Shown piece by piece: positions 15,502 to 26,277 of a stretch of DNA of 64,000 nt. The stretch spans positions 164,598-228,597 of IMG/VR virus record IMGVR_UViG_3300015262_000001, one strand, 5' to 3'. The notes below the pieces were generated by a model. The model did not search any database. It had not been told where the DNA came from and was given only the letters and a program-made list of their open reading frames with translations. Position 1 is the stretch's first letter. The number at the start of each line of letters is the position of its first letter. A program made the translations under genes and the position numbers.

Positions 15502-18390
15502 TTACGTCTTCACATCTCGATGAGTAAAGAACTGGTTGACGCCCTGCCCGCCATTATCAGCGAAGTAAGGAATTGCAGAACCATGTCGTGTTGCACTGAT
15601 GGATTTACCGTCCATCACGATGTAATTCTTTTGCAACACCAGGATGCCATTGGTGCAGATACCAAACAAGATCTCGTTGTTAGCCGGTTGACGAATGACC
15701 GTAGAAGCCACCGCAATTAGCGTAGTACCGAGACGTTGCAGGTAGCAGTAGTAAGTACCGGTAGCACCTACTTTAACTGCGTAGTCGCGATCCAGGATCG
15801 TGGTACGACCGTTCAACACCACACGAGCACCAGCGGGTAAACGCACCCAACCGGTTTCGTTAACATTGAAAGGATCGATCTTGCCAGAACCACCACCCAC
15901 TTCAGTCATCAGTGTAGCGAAACGAGTGTTGCCCGGCAGATGCTGGTAGACTCCTTTGCCAGCCAGGAGCAGCGGTGGATAGATTTCCTCGACAGTGTCG
16001 AAGGCATCAGTCCGTTGGTACAGCCGTGCTTTGTTGACAGAACCTTTAACAAACGAAGGAGTTGCCGTGGTAAAGCCGTTGACTGTAAAACTCAAGTCAC
16101 CGTACACATTACCAAAAGCCCGGGTTACCGCTACCTGGAAGGTGTTGGTGTTAACCTGTACCGCCAAGAGGTCAGAGTAGGTCAGCCAGACATCATCGCC
16201 CGACGCAGAAGCACGGTTGCCCGTCATTGCCGGTTGATTGCCGTCGGTAACCTGATACATCTTCAAACCACCCGTAGTGGTATAGTTCAGGCTAGCCGTG
16301 GAGCCAGACACCGTCAAACCCACCACAGCCGCTTCTGCATAGCAGAGACCATCACTGATCACCAACAGTGCGCGACCGGGTGTCAAACTAAACACCTGGA
16401 TCTGAGGTACCCGGTAAGACGGATCCTGCAATGGGTTAGCGATAGCGGCACGAGCCATTACACTACCACTCGCAGCCTTGATCGCCATGACACTACCAAT
16501 AGCCATTGCTACCGGTTCGCCTACAGTCAGGATGTGGTTAGCGAACTGGAAGGAACTCTTACCGACGAAGTGGTTGTTCTCGTTGAACACCAGAGCTGAT
16601 GTAGCTACCCCGACCCCAGACTGGTTTACATACGCTGACATACTGGCTGGCATATCTGCCATGTTTTCGTTGTCGTCAATCGAGTCAGGCAAACGAATCC
16701 CGAAGGTTCCATCTCCACTCTGTGTACTGACGATGCTGTCGGATACCCACCCGAACTCCTGCCAACCGAAGCGACCCGTTTTAGAGTTTACTCCGTATAC
16801 CAGGAACGATGATTGCCCACCACCGTTGGTGAAAGGCAGGATACGTTCAGGCAGCAAACCAAAGGCTGCATGGCGGCTAGGAACGTAGATCTCCGGTACG
16901 GCCAGCTTAGGATCAACCGTAGGACGATTCGCCATCAAGAATTCCTTGATGCCTTTGTAGGTTGTAGCGAAACGTTTCACCCGCATACCGTTCTTGGTAG
17001 AACAGCTTTTAACCATCTCACCAGAGGTCAGCATGGCACCTGGGTATTGCACCAGGTTAAGCAGATCATAACGGTTGCCGTCTTTAAACCAGTTGGACTG
17101 GCCTACTGGCAACAGATCAGTACCCAGGGTATCCTTGGTACGAGTCCCCAGTTGACGGAAGGTGGCAGTACCACCAGCCCCGAGACTGCCAGGAATCACA
17201 GACTCGATAAAGCTGAACACCAGGTTACGAGAAACCGCACCCAACGTTACCTGCACCGACACTGCCACATGCATGTAGATCTCGGCGTTAGGCACGTTCC
17301 AGAACAGAGTGGTGACCACGCCATGACTACCACCCGCGATGGTCATGACTGCATCCGCAGGAAGATTTACGTATTGCGCCAGGTCGATGGACTGACTACC
17401 GTTAGCCGGAGCGCTATAAGCAGGGGTATCCATGCGGTCAAACAACGCCAGATAGTTCGCTGGCACCAGCGACACCAGAGTTGGGTCCGTTGTGGAGTTG
17501 GCCACGTAGAAGAACTTGTGGTTCAACGTAAGCACTGTGCCTGCGTACGAACTCGATACTGCCAGGCCTTTATAGGTCGTAGCCGCAAAGAGGTTGAATA
17601 CCAGGTAGTTGAAGTTACCGCCAGCCATAGCCAGCGAATTCTTGTACTGGTAGATCTGTCTGTCAGCCAAAGGCTTAAAGAAGACCGCGGAACCGTCCGA
17701 CGCATTGCACCCTACTGTGTTCCAGGAAGCAGTCAGGTAGTTGGAACTGAGCCCGGTAACCTCACCCAGCTTGGCGCCTTTAGAACCACCCAACGGCATA
17801 CTGTTAAAGATCGACTGGTTCTGATACTGAGCAGGATCAGAGTACGGCGAGAAGATCAGTCGGTCAGTGTTCAGCAGCATCCCTGTTTTCTTGCTGGCGC
17901 CAAAGTAGCGCACCGGCTCTACCCGCGTAGGCGTAGGAATAGGGTACTGGTCAGGATAGAAGAACGACGCAAACTGATACAAGTCGTTCAACTGGTAGTC
18001 TGTCAACACAAACGACGCATTGTTAGCCACCAGAGAAGCCTTGGCACCTTCAGGAGTTACAAAAGCCTGTACAGGTGCCAAGGCAATCTGCTCAGCCTTG
18101 GTAGCCGTCCGGAAGTTATCCTTCTTGCTTAGACCAATCGACGCCTTGGTCTCTCCGTGTTGCGCACCCCGAGAAGCCAAGTGTGCATCAATTGGAGCGG
18201 CCACAGTGTTAACGAAGATTTCTACGTTCTCACCGATGGTTTCCAGTTTCTCTGCGTTGTTACGGTTGAATTCTTCCGTGGCCAGCTGAATGGCGTAGGT
18301 GAGTTTGTTGAACTTCTTGATCACCTCACCAAACCGAGGCGCTGGGTTTTCGATGAATGGCGGTTCCCCACCCAAAATAATCATAGCCAC
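15502..18390 (-). CDS. tail fibre/tail tip protein, phiKZ gp131-like family, paralogue 1 (962 aa)
   Basis: HGETKASIGL..KDNFRTAT motif; C-terminal domain (GWV...NGR...YYCY...ISATRHGSAIP) homologous to the next two genes. Confidence 0.8.
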   Translation of the reverse strand: MAMIILGGEPPFIENPAPRFGEVIKKFNKLTYAIQLATEEFNRNNAEKLETIGENVEIFVNTVAAPIDAHLASRGAQHGETKASIGLSKKDNFRTATKAEQIALAPVQAFVTPEGAKASLVANNASFVLTDYQLNDLYQFASFFYPDQYPIPTPTRVEPVRYFGASKKTGMLLNTDRLIFSPYSDPAQYQNQSIFNSMPLGGSKGAKLGEVTGLSSNYLTASWNTVGCNASDGSAVFFKPLADRQIYQYKNSLAMAGGNFNYLVFNLFAATTYKGLAVSSSYAGTVLTLNHKFFYVANSTTDPTLVSLVPANYLALFDRMDTPAYSAPANGSQSIDLAQYVNLPADAVMTIAGGSHGVVTTLFWNVPNAEIYMHVAVSVQVTLGAVSRNLVFSFIESVIPGSLGAGGTATFRQLGTRTKDTLGTDLLPVGQSNWFKDGNRYDLLNLVQYPGAMLTSGEMVKSCSTKNGMRVKRFATTYKGIKEFLMANRPTVDPKLAVPEIYVPSRHAAFGLLPERILPFTNGGGQSSFLVYGVNSKTGRFGWQEFGWVSDSIVSTQSGDGTFGIRLPDSIDDNENMADMPASMSAYVNQSGVGVATSALVFNENNHFVGKSSFQFANHILTVGEPVAMAIGSVMAIKAASGSVMARAAIANPLQDPSYRVPQIQVFSLTPGRALLVISDGLCYAEAAVVGLTVSGSTASLNYTTTGGLKMYQVTDGNQPAMTGNRASASGDDVWLTYSDLLAVQVNTNTFQVAVTRAFGNVYGDLSFTVNGFTTATPSFVKGSVNKARLYQRTDAFDTVEEIYPPLLLAGKGVYQHLPGNTRFATLMTEVGGGSGKIDPFNVNETGWVRLPAGARVVLNGRTTILDRDYAVKVGATGTYYCYLQRLGTTLIAVASTVIRQPANNEILFGICTNGILVLQKNYIVMDGKSISATRHGSAIPYFADNGGQGVNQFFTHRDVKT

Positions 18391-18404
18391 TCTCCGTTGA
18401 AGTA

Positions 18405-18425
18405 GGGGGCACCGAAGTACCCCCC
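18405..18425 (-). terminator. hairpin with cUUCGg loop
   Basis: Minus strand GGGGGTAC-TTCG-GTGCCCCC in the intergenic gap. Confidence 0.55.
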
Positions 18426-18432
18426 GGATGTG

Positions 18433-21400
18433 TTAAGGCAACAGCTCGCCATTATGAAGGAATACAAACAAGCCTTCATCTTGAGGGTAGCCCGCGGACA
18501 TAGGAATGGTCCCACCTTCACGGGTATAGCTCAGCAGCAAATCGCCCACCATAAACGGTTGTTCGCGAGTGATGGTCAAGATCTGTCTGTCGTTGGTAAC
18601 GATGGTCGCTACCCGCAGCATGGAGCCGCTCTTACGAAGAGCCACTGACGACAACAGATACTTAGGTGTTTCATCCTCGATTGTTGCGTACATGTAAAAC
18701 GTTTTGTTCTGCGGAGCAGGGTCAATGTCACGGAGGTCGATCGTCCCACCCTGGATCGAGTAAGCCGTTCCGTTTATCATCATCCTGATATTGTCCTGGA
18801 TAAACAACAGCCAGCCAACTTCAGGATACACCGACGTAGGAACAATGTAACCCACCCCAGACTTCGCATGAATTGCAGCACCACCACCTGTGTACTGATA
18901 CGGGAACAGTGTTTGGGTGATAGAGGTGTTAGCAGGGTCATTCGCCACAATGGTAACGTCTGTCATCCCTACACCCGGCCACATTACTGCCACATCGCCG
19001 TACTGTCGCGGAATCGATCCTACCGCCAAGTTCTCGATCTGATTATTACCGAAGTTCAAATCGAAGATCGTGGCAATGCTGTTACGACTCGAGTAAGGTA
19101 CATGGGTGTGTCCTGCCACCATCAACACCTTTAGGTAGTTGCCATCCCGGTAGGCGGTGAATATCGGTTTAGCGATAAAGACATCGATCATGGCGTCAAA
19201 CTGAATGTAATCCCTCAACACAGGTTGACGAACAGTTGATACATCAGCCGGCGCACTTAGCCAGTTAAAGCTGGTAATGAGGTACACACCAGGATGATCA
19301 GCGTTAGGCGCTTCCAGGTTTGGTTGACCAATCAGTACTCTGGAGCGGAACTGCTGAGTTGCGTCAATGATCCAGTTAACCATTACCACGCTGTGGTTAA
19401 GACCGTGGAACATCCCGCCGTTCTCAGCCCCCAGATGGTTAATCGTAAACGCCCAACGAGTGGCTCCTCCGGTAAGCGCCTTGAGTTGATCGAGCACACC
19501 CTGCCGCAGACCAAAGAAGCTAGTACCCGAATAGGTGGCTACCTTGTTAATCGTGTCTAACGACTTGGTGTAAGTCCTTGGGAAGGACATCAAAACGTTT
19601 CCGTTGGCAGGTGCACGCAGAGAGGCAACCGCTGGCAGGTGCTGGCTTGTCGGATAAACCGTTGACCATGCACAGAAGCTCATCGAACCGCTACCCTGAT
19701 CTACACCCGCAGCAGCCAGCTCAGGACCAGACCCTGTGATACCCAACATGCCATCGCCACGCGACAAATTAGTGGAGTAGATCTCAGTAGTCAGTGGACG
19801 AGAGTTGATGTTTATACCCAGTGTCAGGTTGTTCACGCCTTCCCGAACAGCGTAACCACCACTTACCTTTCTGAAATACACTTTACGCTGCAAGTCCGGA
19901 GTGGTCATGTCAGCGGCTGAAAACGATTCACCATCAGCTTCAAACGTCATGCATGAGGGATACACCCCGTTCTTTGTGGCTGGTTGAACTGACGGGGTAT
20001 GTATCACATTACGTTTAACCGAAACGGTATCGCTATCCATCAATCTGGATAGTAGTGCTTCAGCGCTGTTGATATTGTCCATTTGCAGAACGTTCAACCG
20101 ACATGGGAACTCAGAGGCACCTTCAAACACACAAGTGGACACCATCTCACCAGTAGACAAAAGAACTGTTGCAGGTTGTTGGTAGGCCACGAGCAGGTTA
20201 TAAAAATGCATATATTGCCGGAGTCCCACACCTGCGTCTCCATTTTGGCTGTGGTCCAGCGTAACAGGCGGGGACTTACCTTGCCGGGACATTACACCGT
20301 TCGCCGGGTTGAAGATGTAATACATCTCGGTAACGCCAGCCAGCGTACGAGTGTAGATTGGGTTAGACGGATTATCCAGGTACGACATGTGGAAAAACTG
20401 GATTGTGTGGAAATAGTAGTTCCCATTTCCGCCGGTTTGTGGCCAGGACAAGTTCAAGTCACGACGCAGAATTGAAATCCAGGTGACGGGTAGGGTCATG
20501 GTGTAACGACCGAATCGAGTAATCTGGTTGTTGCCGTCTTTGAAAACCTGTTGAGCCTGGAAATCCAACACCCCGTTGTACTGAGTGCCGTCCCAATCTT
20601 GGTAGGTCAAAGGAACGGCTTCCCAGGTTACACCCAAGCCGTTAACAACATCCACAGTCCTAACACGGTAGAAACGGCTCTTAGGAACACCCTCTACTAC
20701 GTAGGCCTGAACCAACACCAAGTAAGCACCCATGTGGTGAATAGTCGCCTGGTCGTTGTGGCCAAACGTAGTGGCGTTACCGTAAGGGGAGCCAAAGAAC
20801 GCAGTGATGGCACTCATGTTGCAGCGAACGTAAGCGTGAGCACCTGGATCGAAGGAACCATTGGTCAGACAGATAAACCAGTCATTGGTCCCTGCCACGC
20901 CCGTCATGATCACCTTGTTACCACTGCCCGCAATGATGCGGTCAACGTCGATTCCCAACGCTGTCAAAGCCGGTGGACGGTACTTGTAGTTGCTGTAAGT
21001 AACCCGGATGTTGTCCTTGTTGTAGTTCTCAACCACGGAGAAATACAAGCCTTTGGTACGGCCGTCATAGTGGTTAGACAACAGCATCATCAGACCACTT
21101 GGCTCCAGACAGATACCTGAACATTCAGTCTGCTGGCCCATCCCTTCAAACGAACCACTGATGTTTGGTGGCAAGAAGGATTCACCGCTGTACGAACTGA
21201 TCGGGAAGATACCCGCCAGCATCGCCTTATCGGTGTCTGGGACGTAACTCTTCGCCAGAGCTACCACGCCATGGGGTGTACTGAGAACGTCGCTTCTAAC
21301 GCCTGCCAGGTCCTCTGGAAGGGTGGCGGTACGGTAGTTGTCATGGTTACCCATGTCAATGTCGAACGCATCAGCTTCATGCGGGTTGTTGTAGTTCTTG

Positions 21401-22044
21401 TCGTGTGCTTGCAGGATAACCAGTTGTTGATCACGTGCGGCATACAACTTCTGGTAGGCGTCTTCTACGGCTGCGGTCAGCTTGTCATCGAAGTCAGGAT
21501 CCCGGGTACTGCGGATACCTTCCAGCTGAGCGAAGAAGTAAGTGAAATCATACCAGTCCATGATTTCAGTTTTGATGTTGTGCGTGTGGTATTCAGGCGG
21601 TAGGGTAGGTGGTACGAAGAACACCTTGCTCCAAGGGATTGGTGTCTTGCCCTTGTGCATTTCGTCGAGCCATTCTTGCAGGTTGTTACGGGGCACAAAC
21701 CAAGCCCCGATACTCTGATAGTCAACGGTAACAAACTCGTTAGCTGCCAGGATTGCGTCAGAGACACGGATAAAGGTACAAATAGAACGACCAGTGATTT
21801 CACAGAAGGGAACAAACTCACCTTCTACGTAGTAATCACGGTCACGGGTAAGAATACCACCCGCTTGGTTACGAACCACGAGCAGACCAGGTTCGTTAAA
21901 GAAAGGAGACCCGTTAGGAATCAGCCAGTTCAAGGTTTTATCCTTGAGTGGGATCTTCTCACCAGGAATGGTGTTGACAGGATTGACGCCACGGATGTCA
22001 AACACTAAGAGCGGAATGGAATCCATCACTTTAACCTTATTCAA
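18433..22044 (-). CDS. tail fibre/tail tip protein, paralogue 2 (1203 aa)
   Basis: N-terminal anchor (P..PFF...DYY), NISGSFEG and C-terminal IDLRDIDPAPQNKTFY shared with paralogue 3. Confidence 0.85.
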   Translation of the reverse strand: MNKVKVMDSIPLLVFDIRGVNPVNTIPGEKIPLKDKTLNWLIPNGSPFFNEPGLLVVRNQAGGILTRDRDYYVEGEFVPFCEITGRSICTFIRVSDAILAANEFVTVDYQSIGAWFVPRNNLQEWLDEMHKGKTPIPWSKVFFVPPTLPPEYHTHNIKTEIMDWYDFTYFFAQLEGIRSTRDPDFDDKLTAAVEDAYQKLYAARDQQLVILQAHDKNYNNPHEADAFDIDMGNHDNYRTATLPEDLAGVRSDVLSTPHGVVALAKSYVPDTDKAMLAGIFPISSYSGESFLPPNISGSFEGMGQQTECSGICLEPSGLMMLLSNHYDGRTKGLYFSVVENYNKDNIRVTYSNYKYRPPALTALGIDVDRIIAGSGNKVIMTGVAGTNDWFICLTNGSFDPGAHAYVRCNMSAITAFFGSPYGNATTFGHNDQATIHHMGAYLVLVQAYVVEGVPKSRFYRVRTVDVVNGLGVTWEAVPLTYQDWDGTQYNGVLDFQAQQVFKDGNNQITRFGRYTMTLPVTWISILRRDLNLSWPQTGGNGNYYFHTIQFFHMSYLDNPSNPIYTRTLAGVTEMYYIFNPANGVMSRQGKSPPVTLDHSQNGDAGVGLRQYMHFYNLLVAYQQPATVLLSTGEMVSTCVFEGASEFPCRLNVLQMDNINSAEALLSRLMDSDTVSVKRNVIHTPSVQPATKNGVYPSCMTFEADGESFSAADMTTPDLQRKVYFRKVSGGYAVREGVNNLTLGININSRPLTTEIYSTNLSRGDGMLGITGSGPELAAAGVDQGSGSMSFCAWSTVYPTSQHLPAVASLRAPANGNVLMSFPRTYTKSLDTINKVATYSGTSFFGLRQGVLDQLKALTGGATRWAFTINHLGAENGGMFHGLNHSVVMVNWIIDATQQFRSRVLIGQPNLEAPNADHPGVYLITSFNWLSAPADVSTVRQPVLRDYIQFDAMIDVFIAKPIFTAYRDGNYLKVLMVAGHTHVPYSSRNSIATIFDLNFGNNQIENLAVGSIPRQYGDVAVMWPGVGMTDVTIVANDPANTSITQTLFPYQYTGGGAAIHAKSGVGYIVPTSVYPEVGWLLFIQDNIRMMINGTAYSIQGGTIDLRDIDPAPQNKTFYMYATIEDETPKYLLSSVALRKSGSMLRVATIVTNDRQILTITREQPFMVGDLLLSYTREGGTIPMSAGYPQDEGLFVFLHNGELLP
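18692..18732. repeat. 41-bp exact direct repeat, copy 1
   Basis: ATGTAAAACGTTTTGTTCTGCGGAGCAGGGTCAATGTCACG, identical to 22353-22393. Confidence 0.95.
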
Positions 22045-22093
22045 AAGAAAGGACGCCAGGGAGGAATACTCCCCGGCTATCCGGACCTAAGTG

Positions 22094-25000
22094 TTAAGGA
22101 AGGATTTCGCTCTGGTAGAACCAAGGGATTTGTCCTTCCTCATTGACCAGACCAGACGAAGCTGGAATGGAGTTACCGCGTTTGAGCTCACTGATGCGGT
22201 GGCCGTTCATGGCGATCACGTTGTACCGATCAATAGTAAGAATCTGACTGGCATTCGTAACAACCTTACCGACCCACAGCTGGTACTGGCTTTCCAGCCG
22301 CTTGAGAGTAGTGACCTCATACTGCGCCACACCGTCTCTCAAGAACGCATAAATGTAAAACGTTTTGTTCTGCGGAGCAGGGTCAATGTCACGCAAGTCA
22401 ATGGAACCTGCCTGGAGCACAAATGGCCGGCCATTGAAGATCACGTTGATGTCAGTTTTGAAGAAAATCACCCAACCCGTTTGTGGATAGACCGAACCAA
22501 TCAAAGCATTGTTAACAGGACCCTGTTGAACGGTGGCGGCGCCACCAGTTATAGGACCCCACGCCCAGGCCCGACTGATACCGTTATCAGGAGTTACACA
22601 AACCGTAGGAGTACCTGTGGTGGTATCTTGTCTGGCTTGAGAACTCCAACGTCGGGTATTGCGGTCGTTGTAAACAAATGACCAATCAAGAGAGTACGCG
22701 TCACTAGGTACGTACGACATGATCCCAGATCCCATGTACACCGATAGCTGATTACCGTTAAGGTAGTACCTCACACGCATCGGGCCATGGTTAGACGAAG
22801 CCGTCTCATAATCTCCGGTTGACCCGTAGATACGTGCCGTAGGGCTAAGAGGAACAGCTTGGCTGAAACCCACCCCGTGCACAATATCCAGTACGGTGAA
22901 ACCAGTTACCTGATAACGCCCGTTGATTGCGGCGTAGGTAGGCTGGATGGTCATGAACGTTGAGTACAACGTGTTGACATCGGATCCCGACGGAGCAGCG
23001 TATTGAATGCACACACAAACCGGTAACCACCCTGCTCGCGCAGACATCGGTGAATAGGTTGGGTCGCAGATCGTAATGATCTTAAACCGGGTGGCCATCC
23101 CAGGGAACTGGATTTGGCCAAACAACGCATTGACAATGTTCTCTGGATAGAGGATCTCCAGAGTAGGGACAATGGTGACCGACCCATCCACTTCGATGCG
23201 GTTGTTGTGGTTGGCAATCAACAGCACGTCGTTGGGGTTAGCCGTGTAAGCCGGCCAGGCGTTACCCTGCTTAGTCCGATCGAAGTTCTTGGTCTGTGTA
23301 CCCATGCAAAACGCACCATCTCCTACGTCCACGCCATAGGCCGTCAGGGAGTTAGTGTTGAACACTACCGTGGCCATACCCATGCCCGTCAATGCATTAA
23401 CCGGCCGAATATCACCAGTTAGCGGGCGCGCTACCACCGTTCCCAATGGGATGTTGGTAATCTCAGGACGCACCGCAAAACGCCCCGAAACCGTCTTAAA
23501 GAACAGCTTGGAATAAATCTGCTGTCTCTGTCCGGCGGCCACGTAGAACTCACCCGTTGGGGTATAGGCGAGATGCCGAGGGTTAATTGACGACGCCAAT
23601 GGGCTAATAAGCGTTTCGTTCCACAGCTTGTAGGTAAAGTCCTTAGCTAGCCCCCACAACCTGGAAATAGTGGTGTGTCGGTCATGAGAACCGGGCGGTG
23701 TAACCACTGCCGCCATGCGCGGGAAACCTTCGAATCCAGGAGATCCAGAAATGGCATACCTGCCATCCGCCAACACGTTACCGCCCTGGTGTTGGTACGA
23801 AAACAAGGATATCCACATAGCCTGGTTTTGTCTATAGGCCTCAGATGGCAACGCAGAGGGATTGTTGAAGTCAACTGTGAAGACGTTAGTCTTCGAAATC
23901 AACGACATAACCCCTGTGTTTGGATCGAAGTTGTAATTAAGCTCCGGTATATACGTAATCGAGTTGTTGAGTACCTGTCCAGAAATAGCCGCATAGAAGG
24001 CGCCCAGAAACTTCATCGCATACTGACCGGGAACCTTTGGGTTCTCTGCCAACAAAATAGGCGACGACCGGTAGAATCCCAGTGCATTGTTAGACGCCTG
24101 AGCGAAAGGGAATAGACATTTGGTTGTATAACCATTACCGTCTTTGATGTGGTCACACCAGCGGAAATACGGCGAGTTATTCCACTGCACCCCCTCTGCA
24201 TCCATGAACGTCACGTTCTGACGAACTGGAGTTACAGGGATCTGAGCCTTAACGTCGGACAACAACACACGGTAGAAAAACTTATACCGCATATCGAAAT
24301 CCATGATTGGGCTTGCGACCGGGACGCCGGTAGAAGCCGTGTGGAAGATGTAGATCCACTGGCCGACCAAAGCGATACTGACCCATGGGAACACTTCACT
24401 GACGCCGTGAGAACCAGGGCTGCTGAAAATAGCATCTACCAATGCTCTCAGGTTGATCGGAGAGTAAACGTGTTTCGCTGGATCCAGGGAGCCGTTGGTT
24501 ACCCCGATGTAATACAGCTCACGGGTCTTATCACCCACGAGGATAACGTCTTCACCACTGCCCTGAGCAATCGTGTTGACAACAGCCCCATCGATGTTGA
24601 TCCGTGCGTGGCTGTACTTGTAGCCGGTGTAAAGCAACTGGCCGTTAGCCGCATCTTCCGAATCGGTCAGGACCGAATAGTACAAGCCTGTGGTGCGACC
24701 ATCGAAACGGTTCCACAGATAAGCCATCGATCCATCAGACTCCAGGGTAATGGCGGCAGTTTCCAGGAACCCACCGAAACCTTCGAACGAGCCGTCGATG
24801 TTGGCAGGGATGAAGTTGGTGTTACCGAATCGCGAGATAGGCAACAGACCGGTCTTCAGGTATTGCGAGCTGTCGAAGCCAAAGGTCTCGATAATGGTTT
24901 CTAACCCTTGAGGGGTCAGGTGCATATCGCTACGCGCCTGCAACACGTTACCGCTGTTAGCAGTTTCAAAGTTGTCGACCTTTTCCAGTCCCACCTGCGA

Positions 25001-25654
25001 CGCTGTCAAACCGTGTTCGTTGTTGGCCTGCATATGGCGGGTCAAGAACTCGGACAACATGTCACTGTAGATAGAGATGTAGTGCACCAACAGGTCGTAG
25101 AAGTGATCGATGCGGATCTGGGTCGGTTCACGACCGTTAGCTGCTTTCATAGCTAGGTAAAGATCCATGACTTCGATCGTATCCTGCCAGCACACAACTG
25201 TACGGATCAAGCTATGACTATGCAGGTGTGGTGGGAAGACCACGGGTTTGTTCCTCAGGTTCTCCCAGAACACTGGACGATCGTCATCGACAGCCGAGAA
25301 GATCATTTGCAACATGCGGTTGTCAATTAACGAGTATTCCCCAACGACGTGATAATCAAGCAGCACGTCGGTGAGGTCCGGATCCAACAGCTCGATGAAG
25401 CAGGCTACCGGTTGACCGGCCAGATCAGTAAGGCGAGGCATGATGCTAAAGATCTGGTAATGCACACCCAGGTCAAGTGGCTGACCATTAGGTGCTTTAA
25501 CCGTCAGCGACTTGGTGAAGAACGGCGCATGGTCTGGAACAATGATCCGCGACCAAATACCAGCTGGTGTGGACTTGGGCTCATCCTGGATTTCGTTTTC
25601 CGGATTACGTCCTTCAAGGTCCTCTTGATATTCACGGACAATAGGGAAATGCAT
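22094..25654 (-). CDS. tail fibre/tail tip protein, paralogue 3
   Basis: Start moved to MHFPIVRE at 25654 (AGGAG SD); motifs HGLTASQVGLEKVDNF, NIDGSFEG and IDLRDIDPAPQNKTFY. Confidence 0.85.
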   Translation of the reverse strand: MHFPIVREYQEDLEGRNPENEIQDEPKSTPAGIWSRIIVPDHAPFFTKSLTVKAPNGQPLDLGVHYQIFSIMPRLTDLAGQPVACFIELLDPDLTDVLLDYHVVGEYSLIDNRMLQMIFSAVDDDRPVFWENLRNKPVVFPPHLHSHSLIRTVVCWQDTIEVMDLYLAMKAANGREPTQIRIDHFYDLLVHYISIYSDMLSEFLTRHMQANNEHGLTASQVGLEKVDNFETANSGNVLQARSDMHLTPQGLETIIETFGFDSSQYLKTGLLPISRFGNTNFIPANIDGSFEGFGGFLETAAITLESDGSMAYLWNRFDGRTTGLYYSVLTDSEDAANGQLLYTGYKYSHARINIDGAVVNTIAQGSGEDVILVGDKTRELYYIGVTNGSLDPAKHVYSPINLRALVDAIFSSPGSHGVSEVFPWVSIALVGQWIYIFHTASTGVPVASPIMDFDMRYKFFYRVLLSDVKAQIPVTPVRQNVTFMDAEGVQWNNSPYFRWCDHIKDGNGYTTKCLFPFAQASNNALGFYRSSPILLAENPKVPGQYAMKFLGAFYAAISGQVLNNSITYIPELNYNFDPNTGVMSLISKTNVFTVDFNNPSALPSEAYRQNQAMWISLFSYQHQGGNVLADGRYAISGSPGFEGFPRMAAVVTPPGSHDRHTTISRLWGLAKDFTYKLWNETLISPLASSINPRHLAYTPTGEFYVAAGQRQQIYSKLFFKTVSGRFAVRPEITNIPLGTVVARPLTGDIRPVNALTGMGMATVVFNTNSLTAYGVDVGDGAFCMGTQTKNFDRTKQGNAWPAYTANPNDVLLIANHNNRIEVDGSVTIVPTLEILYPENIVNALFGQIQFPGMATRFKIITICDPTYSPMSARAGWLPVCVCIQYAAPSGSDVNTLYSTFMTIQPTYAAINGRYQVTGFTVLDIVHGVGFSQAVPLSPTARIYGSTGDYETASSNHGPMRVRYYLNGNQLSVYMGSGIMSYVPSDAYSLDWSFVYNDRNTRRWSSQARQDTTTGTPTVCVTPDNGISRAWAWGPITGGAATVQQGPVNNALIGSVYPQTGWVIFFKTDINVIFNGRPFVLQAGSIDLRDIDPAPQNKTFYIYAFLRDGVAQYEVTTLKRLESQYQLWVGKVVTNASQILTIDRYNVIAMNGHRISELKRGNSIPASSGLVNEEGQIPWFYQSEILP
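22353..22393. repeat. 41-bp exact direct repeat, copy 2
   Basis: Identical to 18692-18732. Confidence 0.95.
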
Positions 25655-25742
25655 ATCCCGCTCCTTGATTAGGGGTATAGTGTAATTGGCTAAGGTTAAC
25701 GTAACTGATCTATGCAGACGCATAGATCAGTTACGGTCCTGA

Positions 25743-26276
25743 CTAAGGGGAGATTGGCCAATCAATAGAAGTCGGGTAACCGGGTTGTTGTTCGATTTTG
25801 CTCAACGCCACCTTGTAAGCCGCGAACGCTTTAAACGTCTTGGCGTCTTCAGTGCTCAGCAAACCGGCAATATATGCATCCGACATACCGGCAGTGGCTT
25901 GGTTAGCTGCGTCCATCAGCTGGTTACGTTGCGCTTGAACAGACGCTGCAACATCTAAAGCCCACTCAGCACCGTTCCAGACAAAGTATGGACCAGGAAA
26001 AGGTAGCGGTGTGTATTCGGCTGGTAATTCGCCCAGCTTAACCCACTCTTCCGCCATGCCATTAGTCACATCGTAGACCACACCACGGTTGTCGACAACT
26101 TGCACTGGGACTTCATCAACCAGAGCCCAGACTTTGCCTTCGTCTGCCAAAGGCAGTGGTTCCTCTGTTTCGATACCATTGCTCGGCATCAAGGTACCCA
26201 TTCCAGGAACATCCGGCAGTGTAACTGGGCCAAACAATACACCAAGATCATCAAACAAATAAACGTGCATAAACAC
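25743..26276 (-). CDS. tail fibre assembly chaperone (Tfa-like)
   Basis: DNRGVVYD...LGELP..YT..P.PGP...WNGAEW and the C-terminal AYKVALSKIEQQPGYP..IDWP, typical of Pseudomonas prophage/tailocin Tfa proteins. Confidence 0.88.
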   Translation of the reverse strand: MFMHVYLFDDLGVLFGPVTLPDVPGMGTLMPSNGIETEEPLPLADEGKVWALVDEVPVQVVDNRGVVYDVTNGMAEEWVKLGELPAEYTPLPFPGPYFVWNGAEWALDVAASVQAQRNQLMDAANQATAGMSDAYIAGLLSTEDAKTFKAFAAYKVALSKIEQQPGYPTSIDWPISP

Positions 26277-26277
26277 C

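Noticed and set aside
18692-22393. Possible DGR template/variable repeat pair
   Set aside because: The copies are identical with no adenine-specific mismatches, both are in coding frame, only 41 bp long, and no reverse transcriptase is present in the window.
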